Positions 24,769 through 34,179 of a DNA stretch of 62,719 bases are shown piece after piece. Each line of letters opens with the position of its first letter. The first letter of the stretch is position 1. The position numbers and the translations under genes are program-made. The stretch comes from Acidobacteriota bacterium (lineage in GTDB: Bacteria > Acidobacteriota > Blastocatellia > Pyrinomonadales > Pyrinomonadaceae), in NCBI GenBank assembly GCA_031398645.1, contig JANNNS010000338.1:1-62719 (forward strand), given 5' to 3'. The notes beneath the pieces were generated by a model. That model did not search any database, had not been told where the DNA came from, and saw nothing but the letters and a program-made list of their open reading frames with translations.

Positions 24769-27045
24769 ATGTTGAAAGCCGGTTTTGTCCTCTCGCTGTT
24801 GGTTCTGGTTTACTCTGCCCTCGGCCAAACTGTTGCGCCCGGCGGACCCGGAAAGGACGCTCAATGGGCGACCGCCGGCAAACAAGCCGTCGGCACCTCG
24901 GCCACGCTCGAATCAAAAGTTTGGTTCACCCTCGCCCAGGGCGTGATGACGGAAGTCTATTATCCTGATGTGACCGTCGCGAATGTCCATTTGCTGCAGT
25001 TTGTGGTCGTAAATCCCAAGACCAAGAAAGTAGAAACGGAGCAGGGTGACGCGTTCCATCAGATAAAAGTGCTACGACCGGATTCATTGACCTTTCAGCA
25101 GATTAATACAGCCAAATCGGGAAAGTGGAAGATTACGAAGACATATACGGGTGGTTCATATCCGGACACGCTTATGATCGATGTGCGGTTTCAATCTTCC
25201 GATCCTAGCCTTGCCCTTTATGTTCAGTACGATCCTTCTTTGGGTAACAGCGGAATGCATGACGAAGGGTCGACGAGCAGAAGAAGCAATTGTGACTCCT
25301 GTGATCTTCCCGGTCAGCCGATCTTCGTGACCGTCGATAAGGCCGCAAATATTACAAGCAAGCTGTTTTTCAGCAGTGTGATAACCGAGATGGATTCTTC
25401 GTTCGCCGGCGAGGACGGTATTGTTCAGCTTAAGAAACACGGCAGGCTGCTTAGCCCAGCGATTAGAAGCGGAGCGGGAAACATAGTCCAGACCGCGCGG
25501 ATAGAAAAGCCCGATCGCTTCTATGCCGTGCTCGCGTTTGGAAATTTGCAGGCCGATCCTCTCGGAATGATGGACGGCATAAGTTTTGAAGGCTCGCAAC
25601 AAGACTATGATCGAGGCTGGATTAGCTACGTTAAAACTCTTCCAAAGGTCGGCGCGAAATACCAAGCCCAATTCAACATGGCCGCGATGCAGTTGAAGGC
25701 TCTGGAAGATAAAACAAATCGCGGGGCGAATATAGCGAGTCTTACTGTGCCTTGGGGCGGCGGTGAGAATGCTAATGAGAACACTGTCGGCGGTTATCAT
25801 CTGGTTTGGTCGCGGGATTTGTATCAGGTTTTTACCGCTTACATGGCAATGGACGACAAGGCGGCGGCGGAGAGGGCATTGGACTTTCTTTTTAAGGTCC
25901 AGCAGCGGCCGGACGGGAGCTTTCCGCAGAATTCCTGGCTGGACGGCAGGCCGTATTGGACCTCGCTGCAGATGGACGAGGTAGCGTATCCGTTGATCAT
26001 GGCCTGGCAGCTTGGGCGGTTCGATAAGGAAACATATACGAACCATGTGAAAAAGGCAGCGGACTTTATCGTCAAAAACGGCCCGGCGACGCCGCAGGAG
26101 CGTTGGGAGGAAGAGGCCGGATATTCGCCTTCGACCATCGCGGCCGAGATTGCGGGCCTTGTCTGCGCCGCAGATATCGCAAAAAGAAACGGCGATAATG
26201 CTTCCGTCGATGTTTATCTGAAAACCGCGGACGATTGGGAAGCCAACATTGAGAAATGGACTGCGACGAAGACAGGGAAGTACGGTGACGGAAATTATTA
26301 CCTCCGCATAACCCAAAACGGAAAACCTGACGCGGGCGAAAAGATAGAAATAAACAATGGTGCAGGATCGTTCGATGAACGCGACATTATAGACGCGGGT
26401 TTTCTCGAACTTGTCCGTCTCGGAATCCGCCGTGCGGACGATCCGCTGATAGTTAAATCACTAAAAGTTGTCGATCAGGTCATAAAAGTAGACACCCCGA
26501 ACGGCCCAGGTTTCTATCGCTACAACAACGACGGCTACGGTGAAATGGACGACGGGCGGCGGTGGAATTGGGACGGGAAATATACCGGAAAAGGAAGGTT
26601 GTGGGCGTTATTAAGTGGAGAGCGAGGACAATATGAACTAGCAAATTCAGTTCTGAATAAAGGAGAAACGTTACTCGTAATTGGTGAGGGACGAAATTCT
26701 CCCATAGCTCTCGATACGTACTTCAAAAATCAAGCAAAACAACGCCTCGATCACATGCTTGGCTTCGCCAACGAGGGACTAATGATCCCCGAACAAGTCT
26801 GGGACAAGAAAGAAACGCCTAAGAACATAGACCGGCAGTTCATCCCTGAACTCAGGTTCGGCGAAGGCACCGGATCGGCTACGCCGCTTGCGTGGTCGAT
26901 GGCGCAGTTCATTCGTCTGGCAGTCAATCTAAAGGCAGGACGAAACCTCGATACTCCATCGATCGTCTATGACCGCTATATCATTCGGGAGAAGCCATCT
27001 CAGGAAAATTTAAATAGGCGGCCAGGATCTGGCCGCCTAGGGTAG
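24769..27045 (+). CDS. Exported GH15 glucoamylase / glucodextranase-like enzyme
   Basis: The ATG at 24769 lies 9 nt after GAGGAG. Signal peptide MLKAGFVLSLLVLVYSALGQT. A bacterial glucoamylase N-terminal beta-sandwich is followed by the (alpha/alpha)6 catalytic domain, with GGYHLVWSRDLYQ and PQERWEEEAGYSPSTIAAE. Confidence 0.9.
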   Translation: MLKAGFVLSLLVLVYSALGQTVAPGGPGKDAQWATAGKQAVGTSATLESKVWFTLAQGVMTEVYYPDVTVANVHLLQFVVVNPKTKKVETEQGDAFHQIKVLRPDSLTFQQINTAKSGKWKITKTYTGGSYPDTLMIDVRFQSSDPSLALYVQYDPSLGNSGMHDEGSTSRRSNCDSCDLPGQPIFVTVDKAANITSKLFFSSVITEMDSSFAGEDGIVQLKKHGRLLSPAIRSGAGNIVQTARIEKPDRFYAVLAFGNLQADPLGMMDGISFEGSQQDYDRGWISYVKTLPKVGAKYQAQFNMAAMQLKALEDKTNRGANIASLTVPWGGGENANENTVGGYHLVWSRDLYQVFTAYMAMDDKAAAERALDFLFKVQQRPDGSFPQNSWLDGRPYWTSLQMDEVAYPLIMAWQLGRFDKETYTNHVKKAADFIVKNGPATPQERWEEEAGYSPSTIAAEIAGLVCAADIAKRNGDNASVDVYLKTADDWEANIEKWTATKTGKYGDGNYYLRITQNGKPDAGEKIEINNGAGSFDERDIIDAGFLELVRLGIRRADDPLIVKSLKVVDQVIKVDTPNGPGFYRYNNDGYGEMDDGRRWNWDGKYTGKGRLWALLSGERGQYELANSVLNKGETLLVIGEGRNSPIALDTYFKNQAKQRLDHMLGFANEGLMIPEQVWDKKETPKNIDRQFIPELRFGEGTGSATPLAWSMAQFIRLAVNLKAGRNLDTPSIVYDRYIIREKPSQENLNRRPGSGRLG
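27016..27038. other. Perfect 10-bp hairpin inside the last codons of the GH15 gene
   Basis: AGGCGGCCAG-gat-CTGGCCGCCT. No T-tract follows on the + strand. An A/T-rich run (ATTTAAATTTT) follows on the - strand. Confidence 0.35.
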
Positions 27046-27292
27046 TACATGATCCGCCCTACTCGGAAAAAAGAACATCAAATGGACGGCTCCCTTAAGA
27101 TCGCCGTCAATTCCTTCAAGCGATCTGGGTCGGCTCACTCGTTGGGGAGCCCGCTTTCGTCTCTAAGGAGGACAGATTCAGCCTTTGAGAGTCGTCCGTC
27201 CGAGACTCGCTAACAGCATCAATACTACGTACCGAAAACGGCATTCGTCTGAAGCAGCTTTCGATAGTCCACCATCTAGTCCGACAGCAACT

Positions 27293-27314
27293 GAGACAAG
27301 GCACGCCTTGTCTC
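27293..27314. terminator. Hairpin between the convergent GH15 gene and tRNA-Thr, possibly a bidirectional terminator
   Basis: GAGACAAGGC-ac-GCCTTGTCTC (10-bp arms). On the + strand it is followed by ATTCATCTTGT. It lies about 40 nt downstream of the tRNA 3' end on the - strand. Confidence 0.5.
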
Positions 27315-27351
27315 ATTCATCTTGTAAGTTATTCTACCTACGAGGGTTATA

Positions 27352-27427
<76 letters not shown>

Positions 27428-27460
27428 TAATGGGCCGGTGGGGTGCGGCCGCAATCAGCG

Positions 27461-27490
27461 ATACTAGCAAAATGGGGGATTTATATGCAA
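27461..27490 (-). promoter_or_regulatory. Putative promoter of tRNA-Thr
   Basis: On the minus strand: TTGCAT, an 18-nt spacer, then TAGTAT, about 35 nt upstream of the mature tRNA 5' end. Confidence 0.45.
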
Positions 27491-27697
27491 GTGGAAAGTG
27501 TGAATGTCGGAAAGAGATGGTTTCTGGTTGTTGTGTAATACCGAATTTAAGTGTGAAAAAACTTGTTGACCATGGATCGGTCGATTGTTTACACTTGTAG
27601 AGTTAGGTTCGGGCAGTTCTGTCCGGGCCCTCAAGATCTGCAATCATCATCCTCAAATCATTCCTTTACACCGGAATCAGTTCTAAAGGAGAAAATC

Positions 27698-28660
27698 GTG
27701 AACCGTAACCAAACTTTGAAATTCACTCTGACCGCCGCATTTTGTGGGCTAACTGCTTTTGCCTCGGTTTCTATTGCTCAAACGCGAGTCATCGCCGCGC
27801 CGTCGAAGCCGATGACCGTAGCGTCTCGGAACAACTTGTACTGCGCCGGCTATGTGCAGACCGCGTCCATCGACACCTCGAACAAATTGGTAGGTGGGCT
27901 TGAAGAGCAGGAGCAAAATAACTACGCACAGGGAGACTATGTTTATCTGAACATGGGCTCGAGCAAAGGCGTCCAGGTGGGCGATACAATGGCAGTCGTC
28001 CGGCCGCGGGGACGGGTCGAAAGCCGATGGACCCGGAAGGATGAACTCGGGTTCCTCGTCCAGGAAGTAGGTGCGGTAGAAATCGTCCGGGTCAAGTCTG
28101 ATGTTTCGGTTGCAAGGGTCAAGACCTCATGCGACAGTTTTCTCTTGGGCGATCTGGTCCAGCCGATGCCGCAGCGAAACAGCCCGATGTACCAGAGTCG
28201 CGGACCTCTAGACCTGTTTGCCGATCCGTCTGGTAAGGCAATGGGCCGCCTCTTCATGGCGAGAGATGCTGCGGAATCACTGACCCGCGACCAGATCGTT
28301 TATATCGATCTCGGAGCGGAAGACAATGTTCAGGTCGGAGACTATCTGACGGTGTTTAGGCCGCTCGGCAAAGGAAACCTTATGAGGGGCGACGAGAAAG
28401 AGACCTTGAGTGCTCGTGACGAAGGTTTCCAGAGCAACGTTTACCGCGGCGGAAAATTCTCTAACCAGGCGCCTAGAAAGTCGGGCGATCAGGCACGCGG
28501 GAGGGTCGTTACGACCGAGGATGCCAAGGAAGGCCGTCCGGCGATAAGAAAGGTCGTGGGCGAGATCGTGATCCTGAACGTGAAAGAGAAGACTGCTACG
28601 GCCGTGATCACGCGGACCGCGCAAGAGATCCATACTGGAGACTGGGTAGAAGTTCAGTAG
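27698..28660 (+). CDS. Exported hypothetical protein with an internal two-fold duplication
   Basis: The in-frame GTG at 27698 is preceded by AAAGGAG, whereas the track start at 27563 has no support. Signal peptide NRNQTLKFTLTAAFCGLTAFASVSIAQ. Duplicated module: GDYVYLNMGSSKGVQVGDTMAVVRPRG...VGAVEIVRV and DQIVYIDLGAEDNVQVGDYLTVFRPLG...VGEIVILNV. Confidence 0.6.
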   Translation: MNRNQTLKFTLTAAFCGLTAFASVSIAQTRVIAAPSKPMTVASRNNLYCAGYVQTASIDTSNKLVGGLEEQEQNNYAQGDYVYLNMGSSKGVQVGDTMAVVRPRGRVESRWTRKDELGFLVQEVGAVEIVRVKSDVSVARVKTSCDSFLLGDLVQPMPQRNSPMYQSRGPLDLFADPSGKAMGRLFMARDAAESLTRDQIVYIDLGAEDNVQVGDYLTVFRPLGKGNLMRGDEKETLSARDEGFQSNVYRGGKFSNQAPRKSGDQARGRVVTTEDAKEGRPAIRKVVGEIVILNVKEKTATAVITRTAQEIHTGDWVEVQ

Positions 28661-28683
28661 ATCCACGACAGCTTTGGCGAGTT

Positions 28684-28730
28684 GAAAGGGACGGGAAGCA
28701 GTGAGACTGCGGCCCGTCCTTTCCATTTGC
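28684..28730 (+). terminator. Terminator-like hairpin upstream of lon
   Basis: GAAAGGGACGGG...(17-nt loop)...CCCGTCCTTTCC, with one bulge, followed by ATTTG. The T-tract is weak. Confidence 0.4.
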
Positions 28731-28775
28731 AGGCCAAATGCTATTTGCCGTTATCCCGTGAGAGGCTTAAACTAA

Positions 28776-31193
28776 ATGTTTATGGCTGAAATTGAAGATT
28801 TCCCGATCGGCGTTTCCGACAATGAGTTGGTCGAACCGATGATGCAGATCCCGTCGGAACTGCCTGCGCTCCCGTTACGCGATATTGTTATCTATCCTTT
28901 CATGATCGTTCCGCTGTTCGTTTCGCGGGATAAGTCGATCAAGGCGGTCGAAGAAGCGTTGAAAGACAACCGCATGATCGTGCTGGTGTCGCAGAAAGAC
29001 GTCAACATGGAGGATCCGGCTCAGGATGACCTTTACTCCGTAGGCACGGTCGCGATCATCATGCGAATGCTCAAGCTTCCAGACGGGCGTATTCGTATTC
29101 TGATCCAGGGTTTATCGAGGTCGAAGATCGATGGGGTCCATCCAGGCGGAGACCATGTGAGAGTGTCGTTGACGCCGATCTCGGAACCGCTCGCTCCCGA
29201 GGGTTCGCTTGAGGTCGAGGCCTTGGTTCGGAATGTTCGCGGATCGATGGAAAGAGCCGCTAGCCTCGGGAAGAACATATCGCCTGAAGTTCTCGCGATC
29301 ATCGCCAATCTAGACGACGCCGGCCGGCTGGCCGACCTCTCTGCCTCTAATCTCGAGCTGAAGGTCGAGGATGCCCAAAGCGTCCTGAACATCTCGGAGC
29401 CCGTTGAACGCCTTCGCCGAGTAAATGACCTTCTCAGTAAGGAGATCGATGTTCTCACGGTCCAGCAGGAAATAAATACGCAGGCTAGGGCGGACATCGA
29501 TCGTTCTCAGCGTGAGTACTTCCTGCGTCAGCAGATGAAGGCGATTCAGGGTGAATTGGGCGATGGCAACGAGCTTTTCGAGGAGATCGAGAATTATCGC
29601 AAGAAGATCCTCGACGCCAAGATGCCGGAGAATGCAGAAGAAGAATCCCTTCGCCAGCTAAAGAAACTGGAGCGTATGCATCCGGACACGGCTGAGACGG
29701 CTACGCTTCGCAACTGGCTCGATATCATGACCGAGCTGCCGTGGTCGAAGGCATCGAAAGATAATCTAAATCTAAAGAAAGCCGAAAAGATCCTAGACGA
29801 AGACCATTATGGCCTCGAAAGGGTGAAAGAACGGATCGTTGAGGCACTTGCGGTACGGAAACTTATCGCTAAGCCGAAGGGTTCGATACTTTGCCTTGTC
29901 GGGCCGCCCGGAGTTGGAAAGACATCGCTGGGACGATCGGTCGCGAGAGCACTGAACCGTAAATTCATGCGTCTAAGCCTTGGCGGGATGCATGATGAAG
30001 CAGAGATACGAGGCCATCGGCGGACGTATGTCGGGGCCATGCCCGGCAGGATAATTCAGGCCATTCAGCAGGCTGAGACCAATAATCCGCTGATCATGCT
30101 CGATGAGATCGATAAGGTCGGAGCCGACTTCCGCGGCGATCCGAGTTCGGCGTTGCTTGAGGTGCTTGATCCAGAGCAGAATTCGACGTTTCGAGATAAT
30201 TATCTCGGCATTACCTTCGATCTTTCGAACGTGATGTTCATGACGACCGCCAACGTTCTCGATACGATCCAGCCAGCCTTGCGGGATCGAATGGAGATAA
30301 TCTCGCTCTCCGGGTACACCGAAGAAGAAAAGCTTGAGATCGCAAAGCGCCATCTGATACCGAAACAGATCGAGGAAAACGGCCTTGCTAAGGACGATGT
30401 GAAGTTCGACCGCAAAGCAATTACGAAGATCATCAGTGAATATACACAGGAAGCCGGCCTCAGGCATCTCGAACGGGAGATCGGCAAGGTCGCACGGAAG
30501 ATCGCCCGGAAGAAGGCGGAATTGGAAGGCGAATTTCGCCCGATAAGGGTGATGGCCGAAGATGTTAAAGACTACCTGCGCAGTCCAAAGATCTTTCAGG
30601 AAGGAGCGCTTAAGAAAGACCAGATCGGGACGGTTACCGGCCTTGCATGGACTGCGGTCGGCGGCGATATCCTGTTTATCGAAGCCCTGAAGGTCAAGGG
30701 AAAGGGCAAATTGATGCTTACCGGCCAGCTGGGCGACGTGATGCAGGAATCTGCGCAGGCCGCGTTTTCGTATGCAAAAGCCCGCTCCGCTGAGTTGGGA
30801 ATTCCCGACGAAGTGATCGATAACTTCGATATACACATACATTTACCCGAAGGAGCGATCCCGAAAGATGGACCAAGCGCCGGGATAACCATGGCCACCG
30901 CGCTGGTATCCGTGCTTGCTCAGCGGCCGGTCAGGAAGGACGTCGCGATGACCGGAGAGATCACATTAAGGGGCAACGTGCTCCCAATAGGCGGAGTCAA
31001 AGAAAAGTTGCTTGCGGCACGGCGAGCAAAGATCAAGACCGTGATTTTGCCTGCGCCGAACGAGAGAGATCTCGAAGACCTCGCTCAGGAAGTTCGGGAT
31101 GATTTGAACTTTGTATTCGTTGAGCATGTGAGTCAGGTATTCGCCGCCGCACTACTCGAAGCAAAGCCGGCCGCGAAGTCGGCTAAGCGATAG
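28776..31193 (+). CDS. lon: ATP-dependent Lon protease (LonA)
   Basis: Lon N-terminal LAN domain (LPLRDIVIYPFMIVPLFV). Walker A GPPGVGKTS. Proteolytic domain with PKDGPSAGITMATALVS (catalytic Ser). Full length, 805 aa. Confidence 0.97.
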   Translation: MFMAEIEDFPIGVSDNELVEPMMQIPSELPALPLRDIVIYPFMIVPLFVSRDKSIKAVEEALKDNRMIVLVSQKDVNMEDPAQDDLYSVGTVAIIMRMLKLPDGRIRILIQGLSRSKIDGVHPGGDHVRVSLTPISEPLAPEGSLEVEALVRNVRGSMERAASLGKNISPEVLAIIANLDDAGRLADLSASNLELKVEDAQSVLNISEPVERLRRVNDLLSKEIDVLTVQQEINTQARADIDRSQREYFLRQQMKAIQGELGDGNELFEEIENYRKKILDAKMPENAEEESLRQLKKLERMHPDTAETATLRNWLDIMTELPWSKASKDNLNLKKAEKILDEDHYGLERVKERIVEALAVRKLIAKPKGSILCLVGPPGVGKTSLGRSVARALNRKFMRLSLGGMHDEAEIRGHRRTYVGAMPGRIIQAIQQAETNNPLIMLDEIDKVGADFRGDPSSALLEVLDPEQNSTFRDNYLGITFDLSNVMFMTTANVLDTIQPALRDRMEIISLSGYTEEEKLEIAKRHLIPKQIEENGLAKDDVKFDRKAITKIISEYTQEAGLRHLEREIGKVARKIARKKAELEGEFRPIRVMAEDVKDYLRSPKIFQEGALKKDQIGTVTGLAWTAVGGDILFIEALKVKGKGKLMLTGQLGDVMQESAQAAFSYAKARSAELGIPDEVIDNFDIHIHLPEGAIPKDGPSAGITMATALVSVLAQRPVRKDVAMTGEITLRGNVLPIGGVKEKLLAARRAKIKTVILPAPNERDLEDLAQEVRDDLNFVFVEHVSQVFAAALLEAKPAAKSAKR

Positions 31194-31409
31194 GTGCCAG
31201 TGCCTGAAACCCTTATAAACATTGACCCTTTGGGGGCAATGTGGTAGTTTAGAGTCGGGGCAAAGTGCGCATTAAGCCCTTATTCTTGTAAGTAGGGAAC
31301 TTTTGTTCCTATTGAGCGTTAGAATTCCATAAAGGCGGAGTCAGTAATACGCTCGAAATGTTCGCCCTAACTCTTACGTTAGCAGTGAAAGGAGTATAGA
31401 CGAGATTTG

Positions 31410-33218
31410 ATGACGAATTCTATTTGCAGAGTTATTCCTGTATTCGCAATTTTACTTTCATCCTTTAGTTCCATTGTTTCGGCACAGGTGACGAGCACAA
31501 CTGCCTCCAGCGATAACATTACGCCGGCGGTTCAGCAGGTTCGTGATTCGATCAGGAAAGTCCTTGATGATTCGGGGCGATCGTTTAAGGAAGGCATGGT
31601 TGCTCTGAAGGCGAGCAAGCGTTCAGAGTCGGGCCAGGCCTTTGATAAATCAGTCGAGACGTTTCTTTTTTCAACCCTTGATATTCAGCGCGATGCTTCA
31701 CTGCAAGGCTGCTACGGACAGCTGATCGAGACGATCTATCGACTTGAGTTTCCGACCGGCAATCAACCGCCACAGATAAGGAGCCTTTCGGCTACGTGCG
31801 GGTGGCGTTGGAACGACGCCGATATGAAGTTGGCGGACGAGGTCGCTTCAACTGCGAAGTCGAAGCCCGTGACGACGACGCTCGCGACTACTGTTGGGAT
31901 AGCGACGCCCGGAACGCAAGCTCCTCCTGAATCCCTGATGGGTTTTAATGAGCAGGGTTTTGAACCCTCACCGCTCGATGAACTCTCTAAGCTGGAACTC
32001 ACGCAAGATGAACTTCAGGTCGAGAACAATCCAATTGCAGAGCAGCAGTATCAGTACATTCAGGTCGCTGTAGCTAACAAATCACTCGGGTTCTCCTTCC
32101 AGGTTCACCCGATGATCCAGCAGTACATCAACTATTATCGAGGACGCGGCCGTTCCACGATGGAGATCGGTCTCTATCGGTCTGGTATGTTCATGACGAT
32201 GGCTCGTCGCATATTCCGCGAAGAGGGAATCCCGGAAAACGTCGCATGGCTGGGTCAGGTCGAGAGTGCATGGAAGCCGGTTGCGATGTCGCACATGGCT
32301 GCTTCAGGCTTGTGGCAATTTATCCCCGGGACGGGCGCTCGCTACGGGCTGCGACGCACCGCACACGTTGACGAGCGAAACAGCCTCGACGAAGCGACGC
32401 GAGCTTCGGCACGCTACCTAAAGTTTCTTTATAGCCGATATGGCAACTGGGAACTGGCAATGGCTGGTTACAACTGCGGCGAAGGCAACGTTGATCGTGC
32501 CATCCGCCGTGCCGGAGTAGCGAATTTCTGGGCGGCTTATCCATATCTGCCTAAGGAAACACGCAATTATGTTCCGAACATTTTGGCTACGATCCTGGTG
32601 GCAAACAGCCCGCACCAATACGGTTTTGGGCATGTGCGGCCTGCCCAGCCCCTACGTTATGACCGTATTCGGGTGCCGGCATCTACAAATCTGAGTATTC
32701 TCGCTCAGGCGTCGGATACAAGTGTGCAGTACATTCGCTATTTAAACCCGCATCTTCGCAGCAACATGACGCCGCCAGAGCCGTACATCATCAATATTCC
32801 GGCCGGAAAAGCGAACGATGTTGTTGCAGTATTCAGACGCGTGCCAGCTTCGAAGATCAACAACACCAGTCTGGCCAATTCGGTAAACGGCGAGACATGG
32901 CAGAATATTTCTAACCGAACAGGTGTCAGCGTCGCAGACCTTTTGGCCGCAAATCCGGGAATGAAGGATCCTAAAGGAAAGGTGTTTGTTCCTGTTAGTG
33001 GAAATAAGGTTAGTACGATCTCGTATTCGCGGCCGTCCAATTTGCCGGCATCCCAGGGCTCTGCAAACGTTAAGATCGTCAAGGCACAGGCCGGCGACAC
33101 GGTGGCGAAGGTTGCGACGAGAAACGGAGCCGACCCGACCGAGGTCGCGAAGTACAATGGCTTGCTTCCCAATTCGGTGCTCGGTGCCGGACGCGAAATA
33201 AAGATCCCAGGGAAGTAG
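31410..33218 (+). CDS. Membrane-bound lytic murein transglycosylase D-like protein (SLT domain plus C-terminal LysM repeats)
   Basis: Signal peptide. SLT catalytic block LGQVESAWKPVAMSHMAASGLWQFIPGTG and AGYNCGEGNV. LysM-like units near the C-terminus (e.g. TGVSVADLLAANPGM, GDTVAKVATRNGADPTEVAKYNGL). A TTG at 31407 is an alternative start. Confidence 0.85.
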   Translation: MTNSICRVIPVFAILLSSFSSIVSAQVTSTTASSDNITPAVQQVRDSIRKVLDDSGRSFKEGMVALKASKRSESGQAFDKSVETFLFSTLDIQRDASLQGCYGQLIETIYRLEFPTGNQPPQIRSLSATCGWRWNDADMKLADEVASTAKSKPVTTTLATTVGIATPGTQAPPESLMGFNEQGFEPSPLDELSKLELTQDELQVENNPIAEQQYQYIQVAVANKSLGFSFQVHPMIQQYINYYRGRGRSTMEIGLYRSGMFMTMARRIFREEGIPENVAWLGQVESAWKPVAMSHMAASGLWQFIPGTGARYGLRRTAHVDERNSLDEATRASARYLKFLYSRYGNWELAMAGYNCGEGNVDRAIRRAGVANFWAAYPYLPKETRNYVPNILATILVANSPHQYGFGHVRPAQPLRYDRIRVPASTNLSILAQASDTSVQYIRYLNPHLRSNMTPPEPYIINIPAGKANDVVAVFRRVPASKINNTSLANSVNGETWQNISNRTGVSVADLLAANPGMKDPKGKVFVPVSGNKVSTISYSRPSNLPASQGSANVKIVKAQAGDTVAKVATRNGADPTEVAKYNGLLPNSVLGAGREIKIPGK

Positions 33219-33245
33219 TTGCGTTTTCGTATAATTTAACGAAGT

Positions 33246-33282
33246 AAGCCGGGTTTGAGATCAAGCCCGGCTTTTTGTTTTT
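33246..33282 (+). terminator. Rho-independent terminator after the transglycosylase gene
   Basis: AAGCCGGGTTTGA..TCAAGCCCGGCTT hairpin followed by TTTTGTTTTT. Confidence 0.7.
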
Positions 33283-33284
33283 CG

Positions 33285-34178
33285 ATGAAGTTCTGGATCA
33301 GCAAGAACACCGAGGTCTCAGTCCGCGAGCAGATCGTTACCCAGATACGGCTCGGAGTAGCGACGCACGACCTTCGGCCCGGGGAAAAGCTTCCGAGCAC
33401 ACGCGAACTAGCACGGCGGTTCGGTATCCATGCCAATACCGTTTCGGCCGCCTACCGCGAACTTGCGGCCGATAAAGTTGTTGAGTTCCGAAAGGGAAGC
33501 GGCGTCTTTGTCACGACGGCCATACCTACTCAAGCCGCTCAAAAAAGCATCGACCAATTACTTGCGGATTTTGTCGCCGTTGCGTCTGCCTCGGGTTTTA
33601 CGCGAAGTGACCTTGAGTCAGCTCTTGACCGCTGGCGTAACGCCAACAACGTTGATAGGAAGCTGATCTTGGTTGAATCGGACCTCGGATTGCGGGAAAT
33701 AGTTAGGGAAGAGATCAGGGTACACCTGGGCGTGGATCCGTTAACGATCACGCTGGAAGAGTACCTGTGCGGCAGCTATGACCGAACGGCGGTCATCACC
33801 GCTCTCTACGACGAAAAAATTAAGATCCAGCCGTCGCTTGATCCTGGCCAATCGGCAATCTTTATCCACGCAAACTCAGTTCCGCATACCCTTACCGGAT
33901 CGCAGCGGCCTGAGAACACCAATCTGATCGCGGTTGTCTCCGGGTGGAAGCAATTCATCGTCTTCGCACGGATATACTTGCTTGCTGCCCGCATTGATCC
34001 CGAAGCTCTGATTATCAGGTCGACTTCAGATCCGGACTGGAGATCGGGTTTGGACGCGACGGCTATGATAATTTGCGACTCATACGCGGCGAAGGAACTT
34101 GCCCCGGATAGCCGCCTTAAGATATTCCGCCTGATCAATGACGATTCGATCGCGCAACTGCGGCACGCTTTGATGTAA
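33285..34178 (+). CDS. GntR-family transcriptional regulator
   Basis: ATG at 33285 (MKFWISKNTEVSVREQIVTQIRLGVATHDLRPGEKLPSTRELARRFGIHANTVSAAYRELAADKVVEFRKGSGVFV), which is the canonical GntR wHTH. I did not classify the C-terminal effector domain. Confidence 0.8.
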   Translation: MKFWISKNTEVSVREQIVTQIRLGVATHDLRPGEKLPSTRELARRFGIHANTVSAAYRELAADKVVEFRKGSGVFVTTAIPTQAAQKSIDQLLADFVAVASASGFTRSDLESALDRWRNANNVDRKLILVESDLGLREIVREEIRVHLGVDPLTITLEEYLCGSYDRTAVITALYDEKIKIQPSLDPGQSAIFIHANSVPHTLTGSQRPENTNLIAVVSGWKQFIVFARIYLLAARIDPEALIIRSTSDPDWRSGLDATAMIICDSYAAKELAPDSRLKIFRLINDDSIAQLRHALM

Positions 34179-34179
34179 A

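Noticed and set aside
25156-26316. A 386-aa minus-strand ORF inside the GH15 gene.
   Set aside because: It is fully antisense to a frame that carries unambiguous glucoamylase motifs. Its translation is Arg-rich and low in complexity.
29973-30842. A 289-aa minus-strand ORF, plus others at 29033..29497 and 30596..30898, inside lon.
   Set aside because: They are antisense to a complete, canonical Lon protease frame.
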